A stretch of 64,000 bases of DNA from Macrostomum lignano (taxonomy: Eukaryota). Below, piece after piece: positions 1 to 12,825 of this stretch (position 1 is its first letter; every line of letters starts with the position of its first letter). The translations under genes were made by a program, and so were the position numbers. The notes beneath the pieces are model-generated. The model searched no databases. It saw nothing but the letters and a program-made list of their open reading frames with translations, and was not told the DNA's origin. The DNA is taken from the NCBI GenBank assembly GCA_002269645.1, contig NIVC01000639.1:1-64000 (forward strand). Reading direction: 5' to 3'.

Positions 1-594
1 CCCTTACATATACATGTACAGTGAAAACATTCTGCGAGAATCTGAAGACCTGCCGGGACTCGTCAGGTCACGTCACAAACTTGAACGACCTGAGATTACA
101 TGATGTAATGCTGGACGACATCAGAAATGGAAACGGAATTTAATAAGTTGCAAGAAATTCTTAAACTGAGTGGTATTGGAAAGTGAAAGATGGGTTTAAG
201 AATAATATACATTAATTTTTGCAAGCCTGAAATTCCTGAAATGGAAAGTCAAGAATTATTTACTGTTAACATGTATATCTACGTATTTTTCTCCCTATTC
301 TGATCACACACTGGTCGGAGTGCTGGACATGTTCATTTAATATCACCAGCTATGCAGAGAAGAATCAATCGCAAACGAGTTCATGGTTTTTGAGGCGCAT
401 CTTGATTGAAGATTGAAGGAAGAAGAGATCGTGGAAGACGGCAGAGAGAGTAACATTTCTGAAGAACCTTCTAATAACTGGGATATACATCCTCATATAC
501 AGATTTATACGTATGCATTACATTGAAGTTTGTACAAATAATTGGTTGCATTTAGATTTCATCAAATGACTTTAATTTTTAGGATATAGGAGTT

Positions 595-617
595 GTGGTT
601 CTGAAAAGGGCCGTTTT
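595..617 (-). promoter_or_regulatory. Degenerate histone-type stem-loop, no histone CDS upstream
   Basis: AAAAC-GGCCCT-TTTC-AGAACC-AC, two stem mismatches. Confidence 0.6.
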
Positions 618-925
618 AACGTTTGTAATGAATGCAAGAAAAGAAATAGGAAGTGACCAAGGAAGCAAATGCAAAAATGGTCATTGTTTCTTACACTGGC
701 AGTGTAAAGTGACTGTCCGCTAGTCGCAAGAATCAGAAAGGGGTAAGTTTTTTTTTAGTTGGTTGGTATAGTATACTACTACAGTACGTTACTAATATTT
801 AATTCTTAAGACCTTTAAATGTATCAGAAAGAGAATTTATTAAGTCGCGAAGGCAACAACGTACAAATGAAAGCTAGAATGATTGTCTAGCAGAATTTTT
901 CAACACGCAGTGGCATCTATTTAGC

Positions 926-946
926 TGCCCTTAAAAGGGCCGTTTT
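926..946 (-). promoter_or_regulatory. Near-intact histone-type stem-loop, no histone CDS upstream
   Basis: AAAAC-GGCCCT-TTTA-AGGGCA, one stem mismatch. Confidence 0.65.
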
Positions 947-1420
947 AACTTTATACTACACTATAGAGTCGGTAGAAATTTCTACACAAATTCTTTTGCA
1001 ACTAGTGGATTGAATTAACAACTGTATTCGAATGCAAGATGTGCGCATTATTGAAATCAAAACTATCACGGTTTAAATTGTCAGAAGTTAGTGTGTATTT
1101 ATTTTAATCGTTACATATATCATACAGTAATCATTCATGTACAGTGATCAACGCTTGATTTGAAAATTTAAAGTTAAATCAATTTTTTTGCTGATCTTAT
1201 TTTTTTAAATTTTGACGATGCTTTAACGAGGATAGAAACGGACGACCGGCCAGTGCATACAACTGCAATAACTACTACCTGCCTGCATACCTTTCTGCTG
1301 ATAGTGATAAGACCCTAATATTCACCATGCACATCCTTAAGACTTAGTTAAAGGTTTAATCGAAGTCTGTATTCTGTACACACAATTACACAAATAGACG
1401 ACTTGGACATCAATAAATTT

Positions 1421-1444
1421 GGTGGCCCTGAAAAGGGCCGTTTT
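1421..1444 (-). promoter_or_regulatory. Replication-dependent histone 3' stem-loop of H4
   Basis: Minus strand AAAAC-GGCCCT-TTTC-AGGGCC-ACC, about 65 nt after the H4 stop. Confidence 0.93.
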
Positions 1445-1492
1445 AGCGTTCAGTAAATGCGCAGCTGAGCTACGATAGCAGCACTAGGGCTA

Positions 1493-1843
<351 letters not shown>

Positions 1844-3458
1844 CTAAGAGATTGTATAGACAGTAGTATGAATGGTCTCAGATTGGGGCAAAGCTTTCGG
1901 CTTTAAGTAAAAATGTACACCCTCTGAGGGGTGGGGTGTCTCCTCGTTGGTCAGAAATTATCGATCGTGAAGTTTTTCTGGGTTGGCGCTGGAAGGGCAG
2001 GAATATATAACCCAAATCCATTTCAAGCCATTCTGGCCAATGCGGGAAAGAATTTTAGTGAGTTTTTACGTTATATGTGCATTAAAGTAGCACCCTAAAA
2101 GTATAGCAATCTTTAAGGCTTCTGTACGAAATTTGCACTGACAGACAATAAAACAAGTGCGCTCTTTGCACTGTCAAATGGGGTTGGTGAAGTTATACTT
2201 AAACCTTCAGTTTTTTGCTCGCGTATTGCTCATGCATGTACTATTGGAAAAAGTGGGCATATCTAGCAGCTGATCGCAATTTACTAGTGTTTGTTCTTTT
2301 TTTTAAAACAAATTGCGTTATTGGGTTCTTAGCTAGGCTGCACTCAGTGAATTATTGAAAAGTTTCAAAAAGTTTGAATTATTGATTAATTAAATGCACT
2401 ACAAAGTAAAACAAGCACAGCATGTATGCAGGTATTAAATTAAAAAGATTCCAATTGAATGCAGCGGTCTCAAAAGGTAATTAATACAATCTTTCAAGGA
2501 CTACTAGAAGTTGTGGGCGGCGGCGGTGAGGAGCCTTTTTGAAAAGGGGCGCCATCATCGCCAGCCACAAAGGTGGAGGGCGACAAGGGCGGTAGCAGCA
2601 ACTGTCGCAGCAGCAATGAAAACGTGTTTGAAATAACGCAGTTATATGCAGTTAAAAAGAATAAACAGTCAACAGTCAACAGTCAAGTTTGCTTTCTGTG
2701 AATTATTTAAATGGCAAAAATTAAGTTACGATTTGTATTTCTTAATATTTCTTTCTCCCGGGGTCTCCTCTCCACTCGCCGGTCAGTTCCCCAGGGGGAG
2801 CATTCCCTAGCTGACAAAGCTATCTATAATTTTGAGGTGGTAGTGAATTAAATTACTACCAACCAAGGAAATAGTTTTGTGCATGCATGTTTATTTACTT
2901 TTATTAAAACTAAGTTAATAACTAAAGTGAACCAATGTATATACTGTAGTAGTAGCAAATAGTTTCATAACTATAGGATGCTATCTGATGATGAACAAGC
3001 TCAGCTATAGTCTTGCAGGCAGTTGTCTCAGCAGGCAGTTGTTGTGCAGGCAGTTGTTGCGCACTAACCAATGAAACCATTAAACCAATTAAAACCAATT
3101 AATTAACCAATGAAATATGTAACACGAAAATGAACCATTTTACATTTTTACATGTACATGAACATGAACAGCAAGACTTTTGATCGCCACCCGACTGCGT
3201 CAGTTTAATTAATGATCTTGATCAGACGTCGAAGTGGGCCGCCGGTTTCAGTTGCTGCAAAAGTGAACGTCTGATTATGAAAGTGATAATTATAATTGGA
3301 ACAGTAAAATTTTCTCTGAAATCACAAATCAAATTTGTATAGGCGCCCATTAAGCGATATGCGACAATTTTAGTTGATTTGAAAAAAATATTACAAGCAA
3401 GCAACGGGGTGGAAAAACCTTGGGGGTTGCATGCTATTTACAGGAACGAGCACTTTAT

Positions 3459-3481
3459 GTGGCCCTCAAAAGGGCCGTTTT
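3459..3481 (-). promoter_or_regulatory. Perfect-stem histone-type stem-loop, no histone CDS upstream
   Basis: AAAAC-GGCCCT-TTTG-AGGGCC-AC. Confidence 0.7.
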
Positions 3482-3986
3482 AGTAAAATATATCATTTCA
3501 GTAGAATTTTTCTGATAAACTGCCACTTCTAATGCACCCTTTCGGTCAGATTCGTGACACAGATTTTAATTCTCTATTTATGAGCATTTGCTGATTTTTT
3601 TTATATTTTAATAAAAATTGTACTTATCCAATTCTGAAAATAAAGAGTAGGGGCAAAGGCAACTAGCCAACTGTTCCTAAGTAATACAAAAAACGTATTG
3701 CAGACAAAATATATACAGAACGTCTCAGTCTTGCTTTTTTAAATTATGAAAATTATTGGTTCTTTTGTTTTGTTGAACTTTGTTATTTTAGACGCAAATC
3801 TAAAAATTCAGTTTGCTTCTGAAAGACGATTTAATATTCGTTTTATTTCTAATTCACATTCACCATTTTCCATTCCTTGAGCACTTATCCATGCAATAAC
3901 ATGAAATGAAAATTAATTGATTAATCAGTTTTTATTGCTTTAATTAGCCTAGTAAGCTCGGCTGACAAGAATTCGTATATTTTAAT

Positions 3987-6900
3987 ATGAAGAATCATTT
4001 TATTATTGCTACTTTTATTTCAATTTCATTGTCTATCTCGATTGGACAATGTGTGAGTATCTTAATTCTAAGGTTTTTACTCGGAAATTAGAATACCAGA
4101 TTTTAGACTAGTATTATTTCTTTCTAACCCTTGTTTCATAATCTAATAATATCTTATAATCTTAAAACCCTGTGTTTTCAAACAGTTAATCAGCTGATGA
4201 AGCTGAAAGTAGATGATGAATTTGTATAGCCATAGGCCTCTATTATGTTTAAAAAGATATCTGACCCTAGACTAAGCAAAAAATGAATTAGGATTTATGT
4301 AACTGGTCGTATATTCCAATCCTTATATCCAACTTTATATAAATTGTAGACATTTTCACCATCAAACACCTGGGCTGTTCTGGTGGACACATCTAGGTTC
4401 TGGTTCAACTATCGGCATGTTGGAAATGTGCTTTCAATCTATCATAGCATCAAAAGACTTGGCATGCCTGATAGGTAAGTTTTAATTAATTATATTTTGT
4501 TTTATTGCCTATATGAAAACTACCAATGTATTAGTTTCCTTCATTAAATTATTTTAACTTTGGATTTTTAACATATATGATCTAAAACAAGTTTTTTAAA
4601 GCATACTTAAGGTCTGCTAATTCACTGCTGCCAGTTATTTAGAAGTAGCCTAGCTAGCTAGCATATATTTCTTAGGATATACATTTTGACTAGGCCTAAT
4701 ATAGTTGGCAAGTATATAGTCATTATAGTGCACTTCCTAATCCTAACTATAGATATATTTCTTTCACTGTCTGTATTTTGTTGATCCAAACAATCCAATT
4801 CAAGAGTACAAGTGAAGACTTGAAATTCTATAGCTAAAATTATACAAATTTTTTAACTCCTTTCTTAGCAAGTTTCTTTGTTGTCAACCTAATCCACAAA
4901 AGTGCTTTGGCAACTTCCTATATTGGATAACCTATTATTATGCTAGGTCACCCAGTATAGGATCCTTGTTCCCAGATCCCAGATTTCTAGCTTTATCATC
5001 AAGATCCCAGATAGTAATAGATCCAAATATTCGGATTCAGAAATATTATTTTCCAAATTTCTAAATGTGCTTCTGAATATGAAAAAATTGAAAAACCAAA
5101 ACAAAACTATGCTAACATAAAAGAAATACAACTTTTGAAAAGAAAGTCAATTAGAAAAATAAGAATGCAAAATTTAATGTAATATTGTTTGTTTTTACAA
5201 TCATCTGTTTTTGTAGTAACATATATTATTAAAAGTGTTAATAAGTAAAGTTATTTAACTTTGGGACCTTTGAGGCATTCAACCTAAAGTCGCAGAAAAC
5301 ATTTAATTGCAGTAATCATTGTTTAAGTTTAATCATCATTTTCTTCAAAATGCAAATGCAACAGACTTTACGGTTCACTATACATGGTAAAGTTATCAAA
5401 TTGCACAAATGTAATGTCAGTTAGTATTAATAATTTGAATTAGTTAGATTAGATATGAAAGAATTGAGTTCAATTCTAAGTTTAATTCAATTCAGATACT
5501 AGATAGATATAGTATAAGCTTGAGATTAGATTGAATCTTGTTAGTAAATTAATGTACAGAATTAATACGTCATACAATTACTAATGCAGATGACGATTAC
5601 ATCAGTAGATGACAAGGCATTTTTGTCATAGAAAGGTGTCAATGTTTACCTTTTACTTTTATCTACTTTCGGAAACACATTTGGATATTTGGATTCGGAT
5701 TAGGAATTTTTTGTACATTCGGATTCAGTTTTGGAACCTTGCAAAAATCTACATTCGGTCTATCACTAATCCCAGATCTCTAGTTTTATCTCCCAGATCC
5801 CAGATCCTTAGCTTCATCACCTAGATCTCAGATCTCTAGCTTCATCACCAGATCCCAGATCTCTAGCTTTATCATCTAGATCCTAGATCTCTAGCTTTAT
5901 CACACAGATCTGAGATTCCTAGCTTTATTACCTAGCTTCCAGATCCCTAGCTTCATCACCCAGATCTCAGATTCCTAACTTCATCACCCAGATCTCAGAT
6001 CCCTAACTTCATCACCCAGATCCCAGTTCCCTTACTTCATCACCCAGATCCCAGTTCCCTAGCTTCACAAAATCCAGAGCTTCACGCCCCAGATCCCTAG
6101 CAGCACCCGCCCCATCCCGCAGCCACATCATCCTGATGATCGCTGACGAGATGGCCTGCAACGCTCGCAACCCTCGCCGGCCACCATCTTCGACAACGCG
6201 GCGGAGAAGACCAACCTGTACGGCGACACCGTGGAAGTCGACTACGGCGGCTACGAGGTCACAGTTGAGAACTTCATCCGGCTGCTCACAGGCCGGCACG
6301 TGCCCGGCACGGCTCCGAGCAAGCGGCTGCTCACCGATGACCAGTCCAACATCCTCATCTACATCACCGGCCATGGCGGCGACGGCTTCGTCAAGTTCCA
6401 GGATAACGAGGAGGTTTCCTCCCAGGTGAGCCGCTTATGGACCCGCCTGTGTTACCAGCTTCCCCTCCTGTGTTACCAGCTCCCCGGCCCGCAGAATCCC
6501 CATAGCAACCAACCAGTCCACTCCAACCGCCGCAGGAGCTCGCCGACGCATTCGAGCAGATGTGGCAGAAGCGGCGCTACCGGGAGATCCTGTTCATTGT
6601 GGACAGCTGCCAGGCCTACTCCATGGCGCTGCCCGTGTACTCGCCCAACATCCTGGCGCTCGGCAGCAGCCGGGTAGGCGAGGACTCGCTGTCTCACCAC
6701 GTGGATCCCAAACTGGGAGTCTACGTGGCCGACCGGTACTCCTACTACCTGCTGCAGTTCCTGGAGAAGGTGGGGCCACCAGCCGGCACACCCTCGCCGA
6801 TTTTCTCGGGGTGTGCCCCTACCACGAGTGCCTGTCCCACGTGACCGCCAAGCTGGACCTGTACAACCGGGACCCCGCCCAGGTGTCCGTGCTGGAGTTC

Positions 6901-7050
6901 TTCGGTCCCGGCGTAGCGTGGAAATTCTGGACGATGCGCCAACTTCACCGCCGCTCCGACGTCTCAGCGGCTGCCGATGCTGCCTACGCCTCCGCCTCGA
7001 CTGCCAGCCACCCCGTGTACCTGGCGTACAAGCCGCTGTTTCCCTTCTGA
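3987..7050 (+). CDS. PIGK: GPI-anchor transamidase catalytic subunit (peptidase C13), 4 exons, with indels
   Basis: Exons 3987-4052 (signal peptide MKNHFIIATFISISLSISIGQC, GTGAGT donor), 4350-4474 (NTWAVLVDTSRFWFNYRHVGNVLSIYHSIKRLGMPDS), 6123-6425 (HIILMIADEMACNARN...EVTVENFIRLLTGR...TGHGGDGFVKFQD) and 6536-7050 (ELADAFEQMWQKRRY...DSCQA...). GT-AG introns are phase-compatible. Catalytic His (GHG) and Cys (DSC) present. 1-bp deletions near 6177, 6776 and 6905. Confidence 0.93.
5012..5768. mobile_element. Non-autonomous hAT-like DNA element in PIG-K intron 2
   Basis: Imperfect TIRs TAGTAATAGATCCAA and revcomp TAGTGATAGACCGAA (12/15). Identical 8-bp flanks ATCCCAGA (5004-5011, 5769-5776). Subterminal TTCGGATTC repeats, AT-rich non-coding interior. 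Confidence 0.7.
5769..6100. repeat. Degenerate CCCAGATC-CTAGCTTCATCA minisatellite (also about 4960-5011)
   Basis: Repeated cccagatc/ctagcttcatca blocks on both sides of the hAT-like insert. Confidence 0.8.
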
Positions 7051-7052
7051 TG

Positions 7053-7750
7053 CTGACTCACCTGAGTTCCTTTCCTGACTCACCTGAGTTCCTTTCCTGA
7101 CTCACCTGAGTTCCTTTCCTGACTCACCTGAGTTCCTTTCCTGACTCACCTGTGTTCCTTTCCTGACTCACCTGAATTCCTTTCCTGACTCACCTGAGTT
7201 CCTTTCCTGACTCATCTGTGTTCCTTTCCTGACTCACCTGAGTTCCTTTCCTTACTCACCTGAGTTCCTTTCCTGACTCACCTGAGTTCCTTTCCTGACT
7301 CACCTGAGTTCCTTTCCTGACTCACCTGAGTTCCTTTCCTGACTCACCTGAGTTCCTTTCCTGACTCACCTGAGTTCCTTTCCTGACTCACCTGAGGTTC
7401 TTTCCTGACTCACCTGAGGTACTTCCCTGACTCACCTGAGGTACTTCCCTGACTCACCTGGGTTCCTTTCCTGACTCACCTGAGTTCCTTTCCTGACTCA
7501 CCTGAGGTTCTTTCCTGACTCACCTGAGTTCCTTTCTTGACTCACCTGAGTTCCTTTCCTGACTCACCTGAGGTACTTCCCTGACTCACCTGTGTTCCTT
7601 TCCTGACTCACCTGAGTTCCTTTCCTGACTCACCTGAGTTCCTTTCCTGACTCACCTGAGTTCCTTTCCTGACTCACCTGTGTTCCTTTCCTGACTCACC
7701 TGAGTTCCTTTCCTGACTCACCTGAGTTCCTTTCCTGACTCACCTGTGTT
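7053..7750. repeat. 22-bp minisatellite CTGACTCACCTGAGTTCCTTTC, about 32 copies
   Basis: Starts 2 nt after the PIG-K stop; the minus strand reads CAG-GTGAGT in each unit. Confidence 0.95.
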
Positions 7751-8444
7751 CAGATCCGTCCCACTCCCAACTTTGTGGTCCGGCGCCGATCTGTCAGCTA
7801 AGAAAAGTTTTTGATTCAATTTCAACGCAGTGTTTGTCGCCTCTGCTTGACCAGAGCAGCATTGAGTTTGCCACATCTGCTAGTCTTTGTGGCCGGTTGT
7901 ATAGTAGTTTGTTTTATAGTTTATCTGTTTATTTATTTATTCTTTCTCACAAAGCGTAGCAATTTGCTTATCACACTACTGTTACTTACTAATAAGTAGT
8001 AAATAAATACCTTTTGCTTGTTTTTTATTTAGCAAGTACTTTAAATTTCCTGCCGTTTCTAATTCGAATGCGGGCATCTTTTGCTCCATGTTCTGCTGTG
8101 AGCCCACCAGCCCAGTCTGTGGCGGTTGTAAATTAGATCGGAGAAATTTTTGGCCATTAAATTCTGACTAAGCTGTCGAGTTTGCATATTCTGTTAAACT
8201 GCCTTAGAGAGCTGGGCTTGTTGAGTTGTAAAATATGCAGTTGATTTTTTTAGCTGTTTCTTTAATATACGAGTGCCATGGTGCCAAGCCTGCTGCTGTT
8301 TATGCTAAGTAGGCCGCATATGAATTAGCATACATGTAATTCTGAATAATTTGCATCTCCACTCATTGGGAAATTGGACCAATGCAGTTCTGGCGAGCGG
8401 TATCGCATTTCTCGGAATCCAAATCCCGATCTCATTGAACTCAA

Positions 8445-8625
8445 CCCTACTTGAGAAATCTCAGTCCCATTAACAGGAATCCCAATCCCACTAACAGAAA
8501 TCCCAATCCCATTAACAAATCCCAATCCCACTAACAGAAATCCCAATTCAAATAGCAGAAATACCATTAACAAATACCAATCCTACTAACAGAAATCCCA
8601 ATCCCACCAACAAAAATCCCAATCC
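8445..8625. repeat. Degenerate AATCCCAATCCCACTAACAGA repeat
   Basis: Seen directly. Confidence 0.75.
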
Positions 8626-9024
8626 TTGCTCCAACTATGCCAACCAGTAATTTCGCACAGAATGCCTCCCAAGGTGTCGCCCAGACCAGCTGGCCTCGCC
8701 GCGCTGGTAATTATTTCCTGCCTCCTTCAAAAGAATCGCCTTAAAATGTGGATTTCTGATCTGCGAGCTCGTGACGGGGCCTGCGATTCCCTTCATTGCG
8801 AAGCTTAGCGCTGTTTGAACTCGAATTTCCGCCAGCTCAGTTCAATAAGAAATTGCTTTTTGCTGCAGTCGGGGGCGCTGGCATGCTGCACTACATTAAT
8901 GACTAGAATTCAACAGTGCCTGCTGCGTCGCAATAGCAACCTGTCAATCAGCGGTTTTTGAGCACTGAGCTGCTTGAAATCCAATACACATGTACCTGCA
9001 TGTTAACTCTTTAATTATTGCCAC

Positions 9025-9305
9025 CTCTCCTCCCTCTTCTCCCTTCTCTCTTCTCTCTCCCTCCCTCTCCTCCCCTTCCTCTCCTCTCCTCCCTCTCTTC
9101 TCCCCTCCCTCTCTTCTCCCTCCCTCTCCCTCCCTCTCCCTCTTCTCCCCTCCCTCTTCCTCTCCTCCCTCCCTCTTCCTCTCCTCCCTCCCTCTTCCTC
9201 TCCTCCCTCCCTCTTCCTCTCCTCCCTCCCTCTTCCTCTCATCCCTCCCTCTTCCTCTCCTCCCTCCCTCTTCCTCTCCTCCCTCCCTCTCTTCTCCCCT
9301 CCCTG
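9025..9305. repeat. C/T low-complexity tract
   Basis: ctcctccctccctcttcct units. Confidence 0.9.
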
Positions 9306-10886
9306 TCTGCCTGCTTTTGTATTGTCCCAGGTAACGTTAAACATTATTGTTCACTTTGTTCTCCCCACTCCGTTATTGTAGTCGGCCTCTCAGTCTCGCT
9401 GACTTCTATCTCCCAGCTTCCCCTTCTCTGCAACAGTCCCTTGCTTCATCGTCTTTCAGAGCAGGTCGCCCCCGGTAGTCTCGCGCTCCTCCGGCTGCCA
9501 AGCAGAGAGTAGAAAAAGTAAACACGGCAGGGCAGAAATTTCCTGTTTGCTACTGGCGGAAATTTTTCTGTTGTACGCGGCTGGTGCAAGTTTCTATGCT
9601 TAAGCCGCTTTCAATCATTGATTAGCACTGCTGCGGCTGCTGTGCTGTTGCTGCTGCTGCTGTTGCTGTTGCTGCAATTCATCAGAAGCCATACTGTTCC
9701 CCTGCTTTTTGCACTTTGCAAGGCAACTTGCGGCTCTGAAACCTGTTGAATTTTTAGCTGAGAATCTCCACAGAATGAGCAGATTGAATTTGCTCAGAAC
9801 ATTCACCGGCATCTGCTCAGAATATTCATCGGAATTTGCTCAGAACATTCACCGGCATCTGCTCAGAATATTCACCGGAATTTGCTCAGAACATTCACCG
9901 GAATCAAACCCAAAAATGATTCTTGAGCCCAGAGCAGCAGAAAGTTCACTTCAGCAATCTGTGTGAATGGCAGACAGACAGTCAATATTTATTTTTGCAT
10001 GCAAACTTCTGAGCCCAGGTGAGCCAGCTGCAATTACAGTTGGCAGGAATGGCAGCTCCGCAGCTCATTACTGAAATAGTGGAAGTCAGCAGCTACTGAA
10101 GGCGTCGCGCACTGCTGACCTCCCGTGACCAGCAATTCACTGCGAGCTAATCGCCATCTTCATCATCATTCAGCTTCGTCTTCCCCCCCCCCCCCGGAGA
10201 CAGTATCTGCGTTGCGAGTGTTTCCCCGAGACAGGAAGGAGTCCAGCGATTTGATAGCCGATCTGCTTTGAGGCAAAAAGTGTTTTTGGTTTTGAAAACA
10301 AATTTTAAAAGCTGTCTGCAGCCTCTGAATTGCATTGAAAGACGTTTCCCATTCCAGTTGACTTTATTCTCAAACCTGCTTATTGGCAATTTTTAAGTAT
10401 TTCCTGAATTCCTCAATATGCATTAAAAAAGTGGGGATTTGCGATCTGCAATGCTGGGACGCACCAGAATCTTTAATTCTGTCTGCTTCAATCTGCATCA
10501 AGGCAATTTCATCTCCTATCGTAGATTTCTGCTCCTAGTCCGCAGAAGCAAACAATCACGAAGACCTCGGGAACAGAACAGAGTAGCTTTGTTGCTATGA
10601 GTAAATCGCACTGCCCCGATTTGTGTCCAATGATTGCTCTGTCCACTGCTCACTGCTCAGAGAGATGCGCCAATCCCGAGTCACTCATGTAGCTGTTCGG
10701 CACAGTTGGGATGATTTTCGATACAAGACACCAAATGGTTGTCTGCTGATCCCTCTCGGCAGATTTCAACTCTGTGCTCATCCCCATGCAAGTGCAAATG
10801 CGGTTCGCGTGCACCGACGACTCTTGGACAGAGGGCCTGAGCACTGAGTCTTCAAACCAGAGGGGCCATCTGCAATTACAATATTT

Positions 10887-11412
10887 AGATTGAGGTCAGA
10901 AGTGGCGCCTAAATTGAGGTCAGGAGTGGCGCCTAAATTGAGGTCAGGAGTGGCGCCTAAATTGTAGTCAGCAGTGGCGCTTAAATTTGAGTCAGAAGTG
11001 GCGCTTAAATTGAGGTCAGGAGTGGCGCCTAAATTGAGGTCAGGAGTGGCGCCTAAATTGAGGTCAGGAGTGGCGCGTAAATTGAGGTCAGAAGTGGCGC
11101 TTAAATTGAGGTCAGGAGTGGCGCCTAAATTGAGGTCAGGAGTGGCGCCTAAATTGAGGTCAGGAGTGGCGCGTAAATTGAGGTCAGGAGTGGCGCGTAA
11201 ATTGAGGTCAGGAGTGGCGCCTAAATTGAGGTCAGGAGTGGCGCGTAAATTGAGGTCAGGAGTGGCGCGTAAATTGAGGTCAGGAGTGGCGCCTAAATTG
11301 AGGTCAGGAGTAGCGCGTAAATTGTGGTCAGTAGTGGCGCCTAAATTGAGGTCAGGAGTGGCGCCTAAATTGAGGTCAGGAGTGGCGCTTAAATTAGAGT
11401 CAGGAGTGGCGC
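10887..11412. repeat. 24-bp minisatellite AAATTGAGGTCAGGAGTGGCGCCT, about 22 copies
   Basis: Seen directly. Confidence 0.95.
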
Positions 11413-12094
11413 CAAAAGCAGGAAATGGCGCTAAAAATGCTCCGTTTTGAACTCCAGAGCAGCGGCTGACAAATATTAGTTTTAGTCTTTCTAGAAAATC
11501 AATTATTGAATTAGCGCTGTCTTTCAAATCTCACCTGGATTTCCCCTCTTCAAATAATCCAAAAAAAGAAATAAAAGCCGGGCAAATTTGCACGCGCCGC
11601 CAGAAATCAACAATTAATTCATAAGCAGCGCCTTTGTCTCTCCGCGCCACAAGCCCCGGTTGCATGGCTGAAGTCTTCAAGGCGCCGCGCCCATCTCCCC
11701 CTCCGCAATGTCCCTCGCTGGGTTTCTTTGATGAAACTTCTTCTGTCTCACCCGTTGGGCCGCAGCATCGGCTGGGAGGCGGAGGGCGCAGGAAGCCGCT
11801 TTTTGTTTGACGCGCCACGGCAAGTCGCGGGCTGGCCCGGGGGTCCGCAGAGCCAATTAGTGGGGGGGGGGCAGCGGCCCTCGTGACCGCTAGGATGCGA
11901 AAGCAGGACTTCAACTTTAACTGAACCCTGTTGCTGTGGTCTGGCCAGCTCACCCTAGGTGTGGGGGATTTTCTGTTGAAGAAACTGAGAACTGATTAAG
12001 AGCTGGACAAGAGGATGGCAATAAGCTGCATCTCATTATGACTTGGCCTGAGGCTTCCTAACTGCCTGTCTGTACTCTCCTGCGCTGCTGACAT

Positions 12095-12388
<294 letters not shown>

Positions 12389-12825
12389 TCGGTCAGGCGG
12401 CATCCCCAGCCAATCGCAGCGGTCCCCAGCTGCAGCGCCCTGCCCTCTAAATGCGGTTCCCCGGCAGGCCAGCCGCGTCTCCTGTTCGCAGCCCAGCAGA
12501 GACGAAGTGGCAGCCCGCCAGCACCCGCAGAGGAGCAGCTCAGCCCATCGACTCGATACGGCTCAGGATTAGCAGCACGGGAAACCGGTCTGAATAGTCG
12601 ATCGCGGATCAGCAGCTCCGGTGAGGGTCGCCTTGGCAACTCCATTGCACTCCAGGTGTCAATTCTCTCTGGGATTTCAGTGCCAGAGTTGATGGCGTCT
12701 CAGCTAATTCGGGGGGGATTTCAGACTTGAGATGCGGCTTGATGGAGAGGCTTGCGGCCAGGAGTGGAAAGTAGCTCAATACTTGGCTGGTAAGCACAGG
12801 CGGAGTGAAGCTCATCATAAGCAGC

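Noticed and set aside
2004-2090. TATATAA promoter of a divergent histone gene
   Set aside because: No histone CDS follows on the plus strand; the motif alone is insufficient in AT-rich DNA
7053-7750. CRISPR-like arrays (also the 39-, 51- and 57-bp repeats)
   Set aside because: Head-to-tail units without unique spacers, no cas genes, eukaryotic context
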